64,000 nucleotides of DNA, taken from Tepidisphaera sp. (GTDB lineage Bacteria; Planctomycetota; Phycisphaerae; Phycisphaerales; UBA1924). The stretch's first letter is position 1. Every line of letters starts with the position of its first letter. The position numbers were made by a program, and so were the translations under genes. Where the stretch lies: contig CP051526.1 of assembly GCA_050916045.1 (NCBI GenBank), positions 2,240,001-2,304,000 on the forward strand. Reading direction: 5' to 3'. Below the pieces are notes generated by a model. That model ran no database searches, had not been told where the DNA came from, and saw only the letters and a list, made by a program, of their open reading frames with translations. Positions 46,531-55,898 of this stretch are shown here, piece after piece.

Positions 46531-48198
46531 ATGAGCAAGAAGCCGGCGCGGGAGAGCAAAGCCAAGGAGAAGAAGGAGCGGTCAACCGCGCCGAAGGGGA
46601 AGAAGGCTCCCACCGCCTCCCCCGCCCCCACAGCCCCGACCGCCCCCACCGCCCCCACCGCCTCCACCTCCGCCGGGACCACTCCCAAGGCTCCGAAGGC
46701 ACGCCCCTCTTCGCTCATCGACACCCGCGTGGTCTACTGCGGCGACAACCTTGAGCAGCTTGCCAAACTGCCCGACAGGTGCGTGGACCTTGTGTACATC
46801 GACCCGCCCTTCAACAGCAACCGGAACTACGAAGTCTTCTGGGGCGAGAGCAAGGAGAAGCGGTCGTTCGAGGACCGGCACGAGAGCACGCAGGCGTACA
46901 TCGACTACATGCGACCGCGCTGCGTGCAACTCGCCCGCGTGCTGAAGCCGACGGGCTCGTTCTATTATCACTGCGACTGGCACGCGAGCCACTACGTCAA
47001 GGTGATGCTCGACCAGATCTTCGGCGAGAACAACTTCCAGAATGAAGTTATCTGGAAGCGCACGCACGCGCATGGATCGAGCGATCGGTATGCCCCGATA
47101 CACGACAGTATCTTCTTCTACAGCGGAGGCGGAAAGTTCACTTGGACCCATCCGACCGTCGCACACAGCGGCGAGTACATCGCGAAGAAGTTCAAGACGG
47201 TTGACGAGAGCGGCAGACCGTTCCAAGCTATCACGTTAACTGGTTCGGGCATCAGGAATGGGGAGAGCGGCAAGCCGTGGCGCAACGTTGACCCAACCAT
47301 GATCGGGCGCCATTGGGGAATCCCTCGACATGTGTTGGAGCGGTACAAGCTCTCTGGTGCGACCGTTCAGGATCGGTTGGACGCATTGGACGCCGCTGGC
47401 ATGATCTATTGGCCGAAAGGCGATGGGCAGCCCCGCCTCAAGTGGTACGCGGATGAACTAGGGGGGCAGGCCCTAGGCACTGTTTGGACCGACATTCCGC
47501 CGGTCAACTCTCAGGCCGCGGAGCGACTGGGATACCCGACCCAAAAGCCGCTCGCGCTGCTCGAACGCATCATCAAGGCCAGCAGCAACCCCAACGACAT
47601 CGTGCTTGACGCCTTCTGCGGGTGCGGGACCGCGCTCGTCGCTGCGCAGAACCTCGGACGGCAGTGGATCGGGATTGACATCTCCCCCACCGCCTGCCGC
47701 GTGATGGCCAAGCGTCTCCGCGATGTGTGCAAGATGCGCGAGAGCGAGCCGGGGCACCGCGCCAAGGACCCGAACTCGTTCATCGTCCGCGACCTGCCGT
47801 GGACCGAGGCCAAGCTCCGCGCGATCCCGCCGTTTGAATTCGAGAACTGGGCCGTCATCGCGCTCGGCGGCATCCCCAACAAGGTGCAGGTCGGCGACAT
47901 GGGCATCGATGGACGCATCTTCCCCGTGGGCACCAAGCCCGCCGACGCGAACAACATGTTCGCGGGCGACTGGTTCCCGATCCAGGTCAAGCAGACCGAC
48001 AAGGTCGGCCGCCCCGACATCGACGCGTTCGAGGCCGTGATGATGCGCGAGGACCGCCAGCGCGGGTTCGTCGTCGCGTTCTCCTACTCCGCCGACGCCG
48101 TCTCCGAGTGCAACGCCTTCCACAAACGCACCGGCCGCATCATCAAGCTCCTCACCGTCGCCGAGATCCTCGAAGAGCAGCACCTCCAGAAGATGTAG
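46531..48198 (+). CDS. Beta-class N6A/N4C DNA methyltransferase fused to an Mrr-like endonuclease domain
   Basis: VDLVYIDPPFN, YPTQKP, VLDAFCGCGT; C-terminal FEFENW..GDMGIDG..IQVKQ..VGRPDI. Confidence 0.9.
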   Translation: MSKKPARESKAKEKKERSTAPKGKKAPTASPAPTAPTAPTAPTASTSAGTTPKAPKARPSSLIDTRVVYCGDNLEQLAKLPDRCVDLVYIDPPFNSNRNYEVFWGESKEKRSFEDRHESTQAYIDYMRPRCVQLARVLKPTGSFYYHCDWHASHYVKVMLDQIFGENNFQNEVIWKRTHAHGSSDRYAPIHDSIFFYSGGGKFTWTHPTVAHSGEYIAKKFKTVDESGRPFQAITLTGSGIRNGESGKPWRNVDPTMIGRHWGIPRHVLERYKLSGATVQDRLDALDAAGMIYWPKGDGQPRLKWYADELGGQALGTVWTDIPPVNSQAAERLGYPTQKPLALLERIIKASSNPNDIVLDAFCGCGTALVAAQNLGRQWIGIDISPTACRVMAKRLRDVCKMRESEPGHRAKDPNSFIVRDLPWTEAKLRAIPPFEFENWAVIALGGIPNKVQVGDMGIDGRIFPVGTKPADANNMFAGDWFPIQVKQTDKVGRPDIDAFEAVMMREDRQRGFVVAFSYSADAVSECNAFHKRTGRIIKLLTVAEILEEQHLQKM

Positions 48199-48227
48199 AC
48201 GTGTGGCAGGACAGCGGGCTTCAAGGT

Positions 48228-48560
48228 GGGCCTCCGCAGGCCCAAGCACGGTCGCTGCGGGTCGAAACAAGGTCGTTGCAGGCCCAGGCGCAGCCGTTGC
48301 AGGTCGAGGAGCAGCCGTTGCAGGCCTGCGAGCGGGCGTTGCAGTTCGAGGAGCGATCGCTGCAGCCGCAGGAGCAACTCCTGCAGCTCGAAGAACAATC
48401 GCTGCTCGCGTGCGAGCGGGGGTTGTTTCTCTGGTTCACACCGCCGCCCCCGCACCCACCCCCACTCCCCCAAGAACCACCCCCACTCCCCCAAGAACCA
48501 TCCCCCGCATCCCCGCAACCGCTTCCCTCTCCCCCTCCGCAAACCTCCGCACCTCTCTGT
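48228..48560. repeat. Degenerate tandem array with 21-bp period (two sub-blocks)
   Basis: TGC recurs at 48256, 48277, 48298, 48319, 48340, 48361, 48382 and 48403; cccactcccccaagaacca at 48461 and 48482. Confidence 0.9.
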
Positions 48561-48729
48561 TCAGAACCTTCTTCCCCGCGGCGGACATCGCCGCCGCAGC
48601 GCTCAAGCCCCGGCCTCCCACCGTGAAGCTCGGTGTGCTCCGTGTTTCACCTCTTCCAAGCTTTGCGTTCGGGGCGGGGACGGGTGCTGGGCCTTCCTTG
48701 GGCCTGGGCGCGGGCTAGTATTCACTCAC

Positions 48730-48813
48730 TCGCGGAGGGTTGGCGGTGGGAAGGGCTGGCTTGGGTGGGGGAAGCGGCTGCTTGAGTGGGGGAAGTCTTG
48801 GATTCCGTATGGC
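48730..48813. repeat. Short 21-bp-period array
   Basis: ..ggtgggaag / ggctggcttgggtgggggaag / cggctgcttgagtgggggaag. Confidence 0.7.
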
Positions 48814-48855
48814 CTGGGTGCCCTTTGCCGGACGCCCAACGAGGAGAACGACGCG

Positions 48856-49428
48856 ATGTACACCCCCCACTCCCATCAACTGAAGGGCTCCGCCGCCCGC
48901 AGTGGCTCTTCCGCCGCTCGCAGTGGCTCTTTCGCCGCCCGCAGGGCCTTTACCATCGTCGAAGTGATGATCGTCCTCGCGATCATCCTGATTCTGGCCA
49001 CGCTGGTCGCGGTCAACCTTCGCGGCAGCAGCAAGGACGCCAAGCTCGGGGCCGCCAAGATCGGGATGCGGGCCCTTGACAAGGCGCTCGAGCGGTTCAA
49101 CGACAAGTTCGGCCGCTACCCCACCGACGAAGAGGGTCTTGCCGTCCTCTGGGATAAGAGCAAGCTTCAGGTGGAGAACGAATCCGACGCCGCCAAGTGG
49201 GAACGCCTCGTCGATCGGGCCGAGGATGCCGAGAAGGACCCCTGGGGCACCCCGTGGGGCTATCGCCAGAAGGATGAGAGCGGCGATGGGTCCGAGGACA
49301 TCTTCGACCTCTACTCGTTCGGGCCCGACCGCCAGGACGGCACCGAGGATGACATCCACAACAGGGCCAAGAGCGGCGAGAGCGGCTCGGGCACGCCCAG
49401 CGACAGCGGCTCTTCGAGCGGCGGCTGA
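48856..49428 (+). CDS. gspG: Type II secretion major pseudopilin
   Basis: RRA-FTIVEVMIV, GRYPTDEEGL, KDPWGTPWGY, FDLYSFGPDRQDGTEDDI; GAGGAG RBS. Confidence 0.92.
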   Translation: MYTPHSHQLKGSAARSGSSAARSGSFAARRAFTIVEVMIVLAIILILATLVAVNLRGSSKDAKLGAAKIGMRALDKALERFNDKFGRYPTDEEGLAVLWDKSKLQVENESDAAKWERLVDRAEDAEKDPWGTPWGYRQKDESGDGSEDIFDLYSFGPDRQDGTEDDIHNRAKSGESGSGTPSDSGSSSGG

Positions 49429-49441
49429 GCCGGCTCTCGAG

Positions 49442-50371
49442 ATGGGAGCGTCTGACATGCGAAGCCCCAGCCCCGCGCGTGCGGGGCTCGTCATCATGAC
49501 GGGGACGGGCCGTGGCGTGGCTGTGGTGCGCGCGGGGTTTTCGCTGCTCGAGACGATGCTGGCGCTGGTGGTCGTGATCATGCTCGCGACCTTGGTCGCG
49601 CCATCGCTGACGGGGCTGGGGTCGGACGCGCGAGCGGACCGGGCGCGGGCGGAGATCGCCTCCGCGATGAGCGATGCGAGGAGTTTGGCGCGGGCGAGAG
49701 GGATGCCGGTCGTCGTCAGCGTGATCGCGGGCACGGGGAGCGAGGAAGAGAGCGAGATCGTCGGGGTCGTCGTCGCGGCGGGCGGGCTTGATCGCGAGCT
49801 TGATGCGATGACGGCCGGAGATGCGGAAGAAACGGGCGGAGAAGCGGCGGCGTTGGATGCGGCCGAGCCGACCGCGGGCGAAGGAACGGAGGATGAGGCC
49901 GCGGATGCGGCGGGGAACGCCGCGGTCGGGAGCGCGAAACGCCGGCTCGGCGTGCTGCCCGCGGGGTGCGCGGTGCGGTTCGCGGCCCAAGAAGCGGCGG
50001 CGGGCGTGGGCGCGGCGATGACGGCCGAGAGCGAGACGGGGCTGGATACGGGCGCGGAAGGGTCGGTCAAGGGAGCGACCGGCGCGGCCGCGGCGGGCGA
50101 CGCGATGATGATGATCGCGGTGGTGTTTCCGGATGGAACGGCGGCGGTGCCGGGGCGGAAGCTCGAGCTTGTCGTCGCGGGAAGGGGAAGGGGCAGGGGC
50201 GCGGCCCGCGTGTTTGCGATCAGGATGAGCCCGTGGTTTGCGGAAGCGACGTTCGCCGAGCGAACCCCGGCGGCGGCCGAGGGCGAAGAGAAGGAAACAG
50301 GAGCGAGCGAGACGGTGGATGCGGCGGGGGATGAAGATGTTGCGGCGGAACCGGTGATGGAGAAGCCGTGA
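49442..50371 (+). CDS. Minor pseudopilin, GspH-like
   Basis: RAG-FSLLETMLAL, ARSLA, VVFPDGTA; start codon uncertain. Confidence 0.75.
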   Translation: MGASDMRSPSPARAGLVIMTGTGRGVAVVRAGFSLLETMLALVVVIMLATLVAPSLTGLGSDARADRARAEIASAMSDARSLARARGMPVVVSVIAGTGSEEESEIVGVVVAAGGLDRELDAMTAGDAEETGGEAAALDAAEPTAGEGTEDEAADAAGNAAVGSAKRRLGVLPAGCAVRFAAQEAAAGVGAAMTAESETGLDTGAEGSVKGATGAAAAGDAMMMIAVVFPDGTAAVPGRKLELVVAGRGRGRGAARVFAIRMSPWFAEATFAERTPAAAEGEEKETGASETVDAAGDEDVAAEPVMEKP

Positions 50372-50381
50372 GGAGCGTTGC

Positions 50382-50891
50382 GTGAGGAAGCGGCCCGGAA
50401 GCGTGCTGATCGAGGTGCTGGTCGCGGTGGCGATCCTGGTGGGGTCAGGCACGGCGATCATGGCGGCGGCGGATCGCGGGGAGCGTCTGCTGCGGTCGTC
50501 GCGCGAGCTGTCGCGGGCGGGGGATCTGGCACGCTCGGTGATCGCGGCGATCGAAGCGGGGTTGGTCACGCCGCAGAGTGCGCCGCAGGCGGTGCGGTCG
50601 GCGGCGGAAACAGGGGCGTGGCTGGCGCTGGATGCGGATGCGGGGCTCCCGGAGCTCACGGAGAGCGCGGGTTGGCGGGTGGAAGTGGATGTGGAGCCGA
50701 CGGTGCACGCGGGGCTCGCGCGGGCGACGGTCAAGGTGTGGCGGATGCGGGGAGAAGGGCTGGGGGCGGAGGGGGAGCCGCTGTTCGTGCTGACGCAGCT
50801 GGTGCGGGTGCTGGCGGAGGGGGAGGACAAAGCGGGGGATTCGCTGCTGCCAGAGGAGTCGCCGGCGGGCGGGCGGGGAGGCCGGCGGTGA
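50382..50891 (+). CDS. Minor pseudopilin, GspI-like
   Basis: RPG-SVLIEVLVAVAIL. Confidence 0.7.
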   Translation: MRKRPGSVLIEVLVAVAILVGSGTAIMAAADRGERLLRSSRELSRAGDLARSVIAAIEAGLVTPQSAPQAVRSAAETGAWLALDADAGLPELTESAGWRVEVDVEPTVHAGLARATVKVWRMRGEGLGAEGEPLFVLTQLVRVLAEGEDKAGDSLLPEESPAGGRGGRR

Positions 50892-51574
50892 GAAGACGCG
50901 GGTTCACGCTGCTTGAGGCGATGCTGGCGCTGGCGCTCACGGCGCTGGTGACGGTGCTTGCGTTCTCGTTTCTGTCGACGCTGGCGGCTTCGCAGCGTGT
51001 GGCGAAACGCGCGGCGGAGGAGCAGCGGTCGGTTGGGCTTTTCTTTGACCGGCTTGAGGATGAGCTTGCGGCGGCGGTGGCGGCGGACCCGGCGGCCGGA
51101 GCGGGCGTGGTGGGCGGGCCGACATCGCTTCAGGTGCTTTCGCGGGGCGTGGGGATTCCGACGGATCCGACGCTTGGCGAGGCGGCGGCGCGGGAACAAC
51201 TCTCGGATCTTCGCGGGATTCGATTCGCGCTTGCGGGGAACGCGATCACGGGGTCGAGATGGGTTGGACCGACGGGCGGGGGCGGAGCGGCGGAACCGAT
51301 CGTGGGCGGGGCGAGCGGCGAAAGCGGCGAGCCGACGGGCGTGGCCGGGCTTCGGTTTCGGTACTTCGATGGAAAGACGTGGTCGGAGACGTTCAATTCA
51401 GCGGAGTCGAACGGGCTTCCGGTGGCGGTGGAGGTGGGCGTGTGGACGGCTTCGGGGGGGCCGATGAAGGTGACGGAGGAAGGGACGGACCTGCGTGCGC
51501 CTGATCGGTGGCGGCTGATCACGATTCCGGACGCGGCGATGGTGGGATGGAAGGAGGGGGCGCGTGCGGAGTGA
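50888..51574 (+). CDS. Minor pseudopilin, GspJ-like
   Basis: RRG-FTLLEAMLAL; LRFRYFDG.TW...LPVAVEV; GTGA overlap. Confidence 0.8.
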   Translation: MRRRGFTLLEAMLALALTALVTVLAFSFLSTLAASQRVAKRAAEEQRSVGLFFDRLEDELAAAVAADPAAGAGVVGGPTSLQVLSRGVGIPTDPTLGEAAAREQLSDLRGIRFALAGNAITGSRWVGPTGGGGAAEPIVGGASGESGEPTGVAGLRFRYFDGKTWSETFNSAESNGLPVAVEVGVWTASGGPMKVTEEGTDLRAPDRWRLITIPDAAMVGWKEGARAE

Positions 51575-53105
51575 GAAGCAACGCAGGGACGCTGCCCTTG
51601 AGAACGGCGTGCGAAGGTCGCGTGACCGGCGTGGATCGGCATTGTTTTTGGTGCTTGGGATCGTGGCGGCGGCGGCGATGATGGGGGCGGTGGTGCTGAC
51701 GACGGGGGACTCGACGGCGACGGCGACGGACCGGCAGACGGAGCGGATGCGGCTTCGGTCAGCGGCGTGGTCGGGGATTCAGACGGTGATGGCGGAGGTT
51801 TCGCGTCAGCGGCCTGAGCTTCTGGCGGGCGGGGTGCCGACGGTTTCGTCGGAGCTGGTGCTCAGTGATGAAGGGGCGTCGGAGCGGGTGGTGGTGCGGG
51901 TGGAAGCGTGGGAAGCGAAAGCGGCGCGGGAGGAGCGGCAGGAGGCGCCGCTTGTGATGGCGGAGACGGCGCGGCTGGACCTCAACCTGGCGACGCCGGA
52001 GATGCTGACGGCGATCGGGGTGTCGAAAGCGGCGGCGGAAGAGATCGTGGCGCGGCGCGGGGCAAGGCCGTTTGCGAGCGTGGAGGAATTGGCGACGCTG
52101 ACGAACCCGCTTGCCGAAGCGGCGACGGCGGGGACGGAGGTCGCGGACCCGGCGGGGATGCTGACGACGCTGAGCTTTGATCCGAACATTCAGGCGGGGA
52201 TTGCGTCGGCGGAGGCGGCGGGGGCGCTGCGGTTTAATGTGGGGAACGGGTGGTCGGAGGCGCTGGGCGGGCTGATCACCAAGCAGATTGGGGCGGAAGC
52301 GGCGGCGGCGGTGAAGCGGCTTTTGGAGGAGAACAAGGATCTGAAGACGGACGGAGCGTTTGCGGCGGCGCTCATGAAGAGCGGGATCCCGAAGACGCTG
52401 TGGCCGGCGGCTTTCGACTTGTTCACGGCGGGGGATGATCTGTATGTGCCGGGTCGGGTGGATCTGAACTCGGCACCGCTGAAAGTGCTGGCGGCGGTGC
52501 CTGGGATCGGGGAGGAGCGTGCGGCGGCGATTGTGGCGGCGCGGGAGCAGCTTTCGGCGGAAGAGCGGAAGTCGCGGGTGTGGCCTCTGACGCGGGACAT
52601 CATGAAGCCGGAGGAGATGGCGCAGGCGGTGGAGTGGCTGACGACGCGATCGATGCAGTGGCGGGTGCGGGTGCGGGCGAGCATCGAGCGGGCGGGGACG
52701 ACGAGCGAAGCGGCGGGCTCGACGGAGAGCGGAAGCACGGAGCTTCGGTCGGCGGTGTTTGAAGCCGTGGTGGATGCGTCTTCGGAGCGGCCGCGGCTGG
52801 CGTACCTCAGGGAGATCACGCTTCTGCCGATTGCTCGGGCGATGGAAAAACGCGTGGTTCGGCAGGCTCGGGCGATTGCGGAGGCGGCCCCTCCGGCTCC
52901 CCCACCGCCCCCACCGCCGGTTGAAGTGACTCCGGAGCCGGTGGATGTGCCGCCGCCGGGGGGTGATTCACCGCCTGCCCCGCCGGCAGACGATAAAGCG
53001 GCGGCGGGCGGACCCGCGGGAGAGGCGAGCGGGGACGTGGGGGCGATGGTTGATCGAAGGACGGGGCGGTGGAACGCGGGCGGTTCCCGCGGGAGGTCGC
53101 GATGA
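51564..53105 (+). CDS. GspK-like pseudopilin with helix-hairpin-helix motifs
   Basis: RRG-SALFLVL, ETARLDLNLA, PFASVEEL, GRVDLNSAP..VPGIG. Confidence 0.8.
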   Translation: MRSEKQRRDAALENGVRRSRDRRGSALFLVLGIVAAAAMMGAVVLTTGDSTATATDRQTERMRLRSAAWSGIQTVMAEVSRQRPELLAGGVPTVSSELVLSDEGASERVVVRVEAWEAKAAREERQEAPLVMAETARLDLNLATPEMLTAIGVSKAAAEEIVARRGARPFASVEELATLTNPLAEAATAGTEVADPAGMLTTLSFDPNIQAGIASAEAAGALRFNVGNGWSEALGGLITKQIGAEAAAAVKRLLEENKDLKTDGAFAAALMKSGIPKTLWPAAFDLFTAGDDLYVPGRVDLNSAPLKVLAAVPGIGEERAAAIVAAREQLSAEERKSRVWPLTRDIMKPEEMAQAVEWLTTRSMQWRVRVRASIERAGTTSEAAGSTESGSTELRSAVFEAVVDASSERPRLAYLREITLLPIARAMEKRVVRQARAIAEAAPPAPPPPPPPVEVTPEPVDVPPPGGDSPPAPPADDKAAAGGPAGEASGDVGAMVDRRTGRWNAGGSRGRSR

Positions 53106-54730
53106 GGCTGAAGTCGAACACGCTTTGCGTGCTGGAGTTGGACGGAAATCGTCTGTGCGCGATCTCTGCGCAGATTTCGGGGCCGACGGCGGAGGTGAAG
53201 CGGTGGCTTTCGGTCGACCGACCGGAGTCGGTGGCGGCGGATGACGCGGAGGCGATGGGCGCGTGGGCGGGTCAGGAGCTTCGCAAAGCGGGGCTGGATG
53301 CCGGGGCGACGGTGCTTTCGGTGTCGCGAGGGGACGTGGTGCTGAGGAACCTGTCTTTGCCGAAGCCGAAGGACGGTGGCGAAGAGGATCTTGGGGCGAT
53401 GGTGCGGCTTCAGATGGCGCGGCAGCTTGCGCTTCCGATTGAGAGCACGTCGATCGACTATGCGCCCGTGCCTGCGGCGGCGGGTGCGACGACGGTTCCG
53501 GTGATCGCGGGCGCGATGCCGACGAACCGGGTGCTTTGGTGCCGGGCGTTCGCGAAAGCGGCGGGGCTTAAGCTCAAGCGGATCGAGCTTCGGTGCTTTG
53601 GCGTGGCGGCGCTGCTGGGGCCGCTGAGCCAGTCGCGTGACGGGACGATGGTGGGCGTGGCGGTGGGCTGGGGCTCGACGGAGCTTGTGATCGTCGAGGA
53701 TGGGCAGATGGCGTTCGCGCGGTCGGTGGATCTGCCGCGTCCGGGGTCGGTGACGGAGCAGGATGTCTTCGCGGACAAGGTGGCGGTGGAGGTGAAGCGG
53801 GCGTGGATCGGGTATCGGGCGACGCGTCCGGGGCCGGTGCCGGACCTGGTGTGCGTGCTTGGCGAGGGGGAGATGATCCGCCGGGTGGGCGAACGGTGCG
53901 CGGGAGAGTTGCAATCGACGTCGCGGGTGGTGGCGCTTCCGACGTCGATCAAGGTTTCGCGGGAGATGTCCGAAGCGGAGCGGGTGGCGGCCGCGCCGCT
54001 GATGGGGCTTTTGGCGCAGGCGGTGACGGGACGGCCGACGCTTGATTTCGCGAACCCGAGGCGGCCGGTGGATCGTGCGGCGAAGGCGCGGCAGATGGCA
54101 CTGGCGGCGGTGTTCGGGGTGCTGCTTCTGGGCGGGGCGGTGTTCACGTTCGCGAAGCAGGGTCTGGAGCGGGTGGAAGCGGAGATCTCGGCGGTTGAGG
54201 ATGAGCGGAATGAGCTGACGAAGGAGTACAACGCGTTTCTGGCGCAGCATGCTCGGCTTTCGCATCTGCAGACGTGGCAATCCGGGCGGGTGGACTGGCT
54301 TGCGCACGTGAATCTGCTGTGCGGGCAGGTGCCTCAGGGTGGCGTGGCGTATGCGGAGGAGATCCGCGGGCAGGCGGATTCGCGGGTGAACTTCGTGCCG
54401 AGTTCGAAAGGGACGGCGTATCCGTCGGGCGAGTGGCGACTTGCTCCGCTTGCGATGTTCGACTTCAAGGGGCGGAGTCCGGGTCGCGGGGTTGCGACGG
54501 ACATGCGGGCGCGGCTTCTGGATGGCGATCTGTACGGGGTTGAGATCGTGGGGCCGGACGTGGCGGATCGGTTCGCGCTACAGCTTCGGACGGGGCGTCT
54601 GACGCCGATGCCTCCGGCGGCGCCTGGGAAGGATGGGGCGAAGAAGGATGACGGGAAGGGTGCGCCGGGCGCGAGTCCGCCGGCGACTCCGCCGCCGGGC
54701 GGCGGTCCGGAGAAGGGAGGGGAGCCATGA
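53102..54730 (+). CDS. PilM/GspL-like assembly protein (actin-like domain, TM, periplasmic domain)
   Basis: Actin-like fold pattern (VRLQMARQL.LP..IDY; GWGSTELVI..FARS); one TM; ATGA overlap. Confidence 0.7.
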   Translation: MRLKSNTLCVLELDGNRLCAISAQISGPTAEVKRWLSVDRPESVAADDAEAMGAWAGQELRKAGLDAGATVLSVSRGDVVLRNLSLPKPKDGGEEDLGAMVRLQMARQLALPIESTSIDYAPVPAAAGATTVPVIAGAMPTNRVLWCRAFAKAAGLKLKRIELRCFGVAALLGPLSQSRDGTMVGVAVGWGSTELVIVEDGQMAFARSVDLPRPGSVTEQDVFADKVAVEVKRAWIGYRATRPGPVPDLVCVLGEGEMIRRVGERCAGELQSTSRVVALPTSIKVSREMSEAERVAAAPLMGLLAQAVTGRPTLDFANPRRPVDRAAKARQMALAAVFGVLLLGGAVFTFAKQGLERVEAEISAVEDERNELTKEYNAFLAQHARLSHLQTWQSGRVDWLAHVNLLCGQVPQGGVAYAEEIRGQADSRVNFVPSSKGTAYPSGEWRLAPLAMFDFKGRSPGRGVATDMRARLLDGDLYGVEIVGPDVADRFALQLRTGRLTPMPPAAPGKDGAKKDDGKGAPGASPPATPPPGGGPEKGGEP

Positions 54731-55743
54731 GCCCTCGCGTGCGGATTGTGGCCTTGATTGCGATTCTGCTGCTCGTCGTGCTGGGCGGGTGGAGTTGGCG
54801 GACGATGTACCAGACGCCGATGGCGGAGGCGCGGAAGCGGCTTGCGTCGGCGGAGCTTGCGGTGTCGGATCTTCGCGAGAAGCTTCGCGAGGGGAAGACG
54901 GTGCGGCGGGAGCTGACGGACGCGGTGCAGCGGACGCTTGGCAAGGTCCCGGACACGGTGAGCCACCGGTACGTGGCGGGCCTGCGGACGATCGCGGAGC
55001 GGGTCGGTCTGGCGAAGGTGGTGGTGACGCACCGTGACGCGGAGAAGGTGATGAGCCCTCTGACGCGGACGACCGGCGTGAAGCCGGAGGACATGCGAAA
55101 GCGGCTTCGGGCGACGCCGGACTTTCTGCTGCTGCGTGGGGCGGTGAGCGGAGAGGGGACGCTGGAGCAGGTGACGCGTGCGATTGCGGAGGTTGATGCG
55201 CAGAAGTGGTGCCAGATCGAGAGCATGTCGCTTCGGCCTGTCGGGAAGGGCGGGATGCGGTTCGCGCTGGACCTTGGGGTGTCGGCTCCGCTGCTTCCGG
55301 ACCTGCTGGAGAAAGAGGGGCCGGAGCCGGAGCTTGTGAAGGAGCGGCCGGAAGCGTCGTGGGCGATGCAGGCGATCGTGGCTCGCAATCCGTTCCGAGC
55401 GGAGCCGAAGGTCGCGGCGGCGCAGCCGACGGAGGTCGTGCAGCCGGCGGCGGAGCAACCGGCGCCCGCGGAGAACCCGCCGCCGCCGCTCTTGCCTCCC
55501 CCACCGCCGCCGTATGCGGAGTGGAAGGTGACCGGACTGGTGGTCGGGAGTCGTACAGGCGTGCAGGTGATGATGAGCAACACGCGAACGAACGCGACGG
55601 TGACGGTGCTTCGTGGCGCAAAGGTGGAGGATGCGGTGCTTGTGGATGGGGGCGGGGAGACGGCGGTGTTCGAGATCGGCGGGGCGCGGTACCAGGTGCG
55701 GGTGAATCAGACGCTCGCGGACCGTGTGCCGTCGACCCCCTGA
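54727..55743 (+). CDS. T2SS accessory protein (GspM/PilO-like fused to GspC/PilP-like region)
   Basis: N-terminal TM and coiled coil, RNPF, Pro linker, WKVTGLV beta domain. Confidence 0.55.
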   Translation: MSPRVRIVALIAILLLVVLGGWSWRTMYQTPMAEARKRLASAELAVSDLREKLREGKTVRRELTDAVQRTLGKVPDTVSHRYVAGLRTIAERVGLAKVVVTHRDAEKVMSPLTRTTGVKPEDMRKRLRATPDFLLLRGAVSGEGTLEQVTRAIAEVDAQKWCQIESMSLRPVGKGGMRFALDLGVSAPLLPDLLEKEGPEPELVKERPEASWAMQAIVARNPFRAEPKVAAAQPTEVVQPAAEQPAPAENPPPPLLPPPPPPYAEWKVTGLVVGSRTGVQVMMSNTRTNATVTVLRGAKVEDAVLVDGGGETAVFEIGGARYQVRVNQTLADRVPSTP

Positions 55744-55898
55744 GATTGGGAGACGCGGCATGAACGGGTGGCGTGCGATTTGGGAGGGATGTGGACGGGT
55801 GGGGTGTGTTGGATCGTGAATCGTTAGACTGAGGTGTGATCAGCGGCAGGGGGAGGCCCGGGGAGAAGCCCGGGGCTTGATCAATGAAGAGGTGTGCG

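Noticed and set aside
46609..46675. Phase-variable frameshift tract in the methyltransferase
   Set aside because: The repeat unit is 9 bp, so copy-number change keeps the frame
48226..48855. Long N-terminal extension of GspG
   Set aside because: Read-through of repeat DNA; the real start is ATG 48856 after GAGGAG
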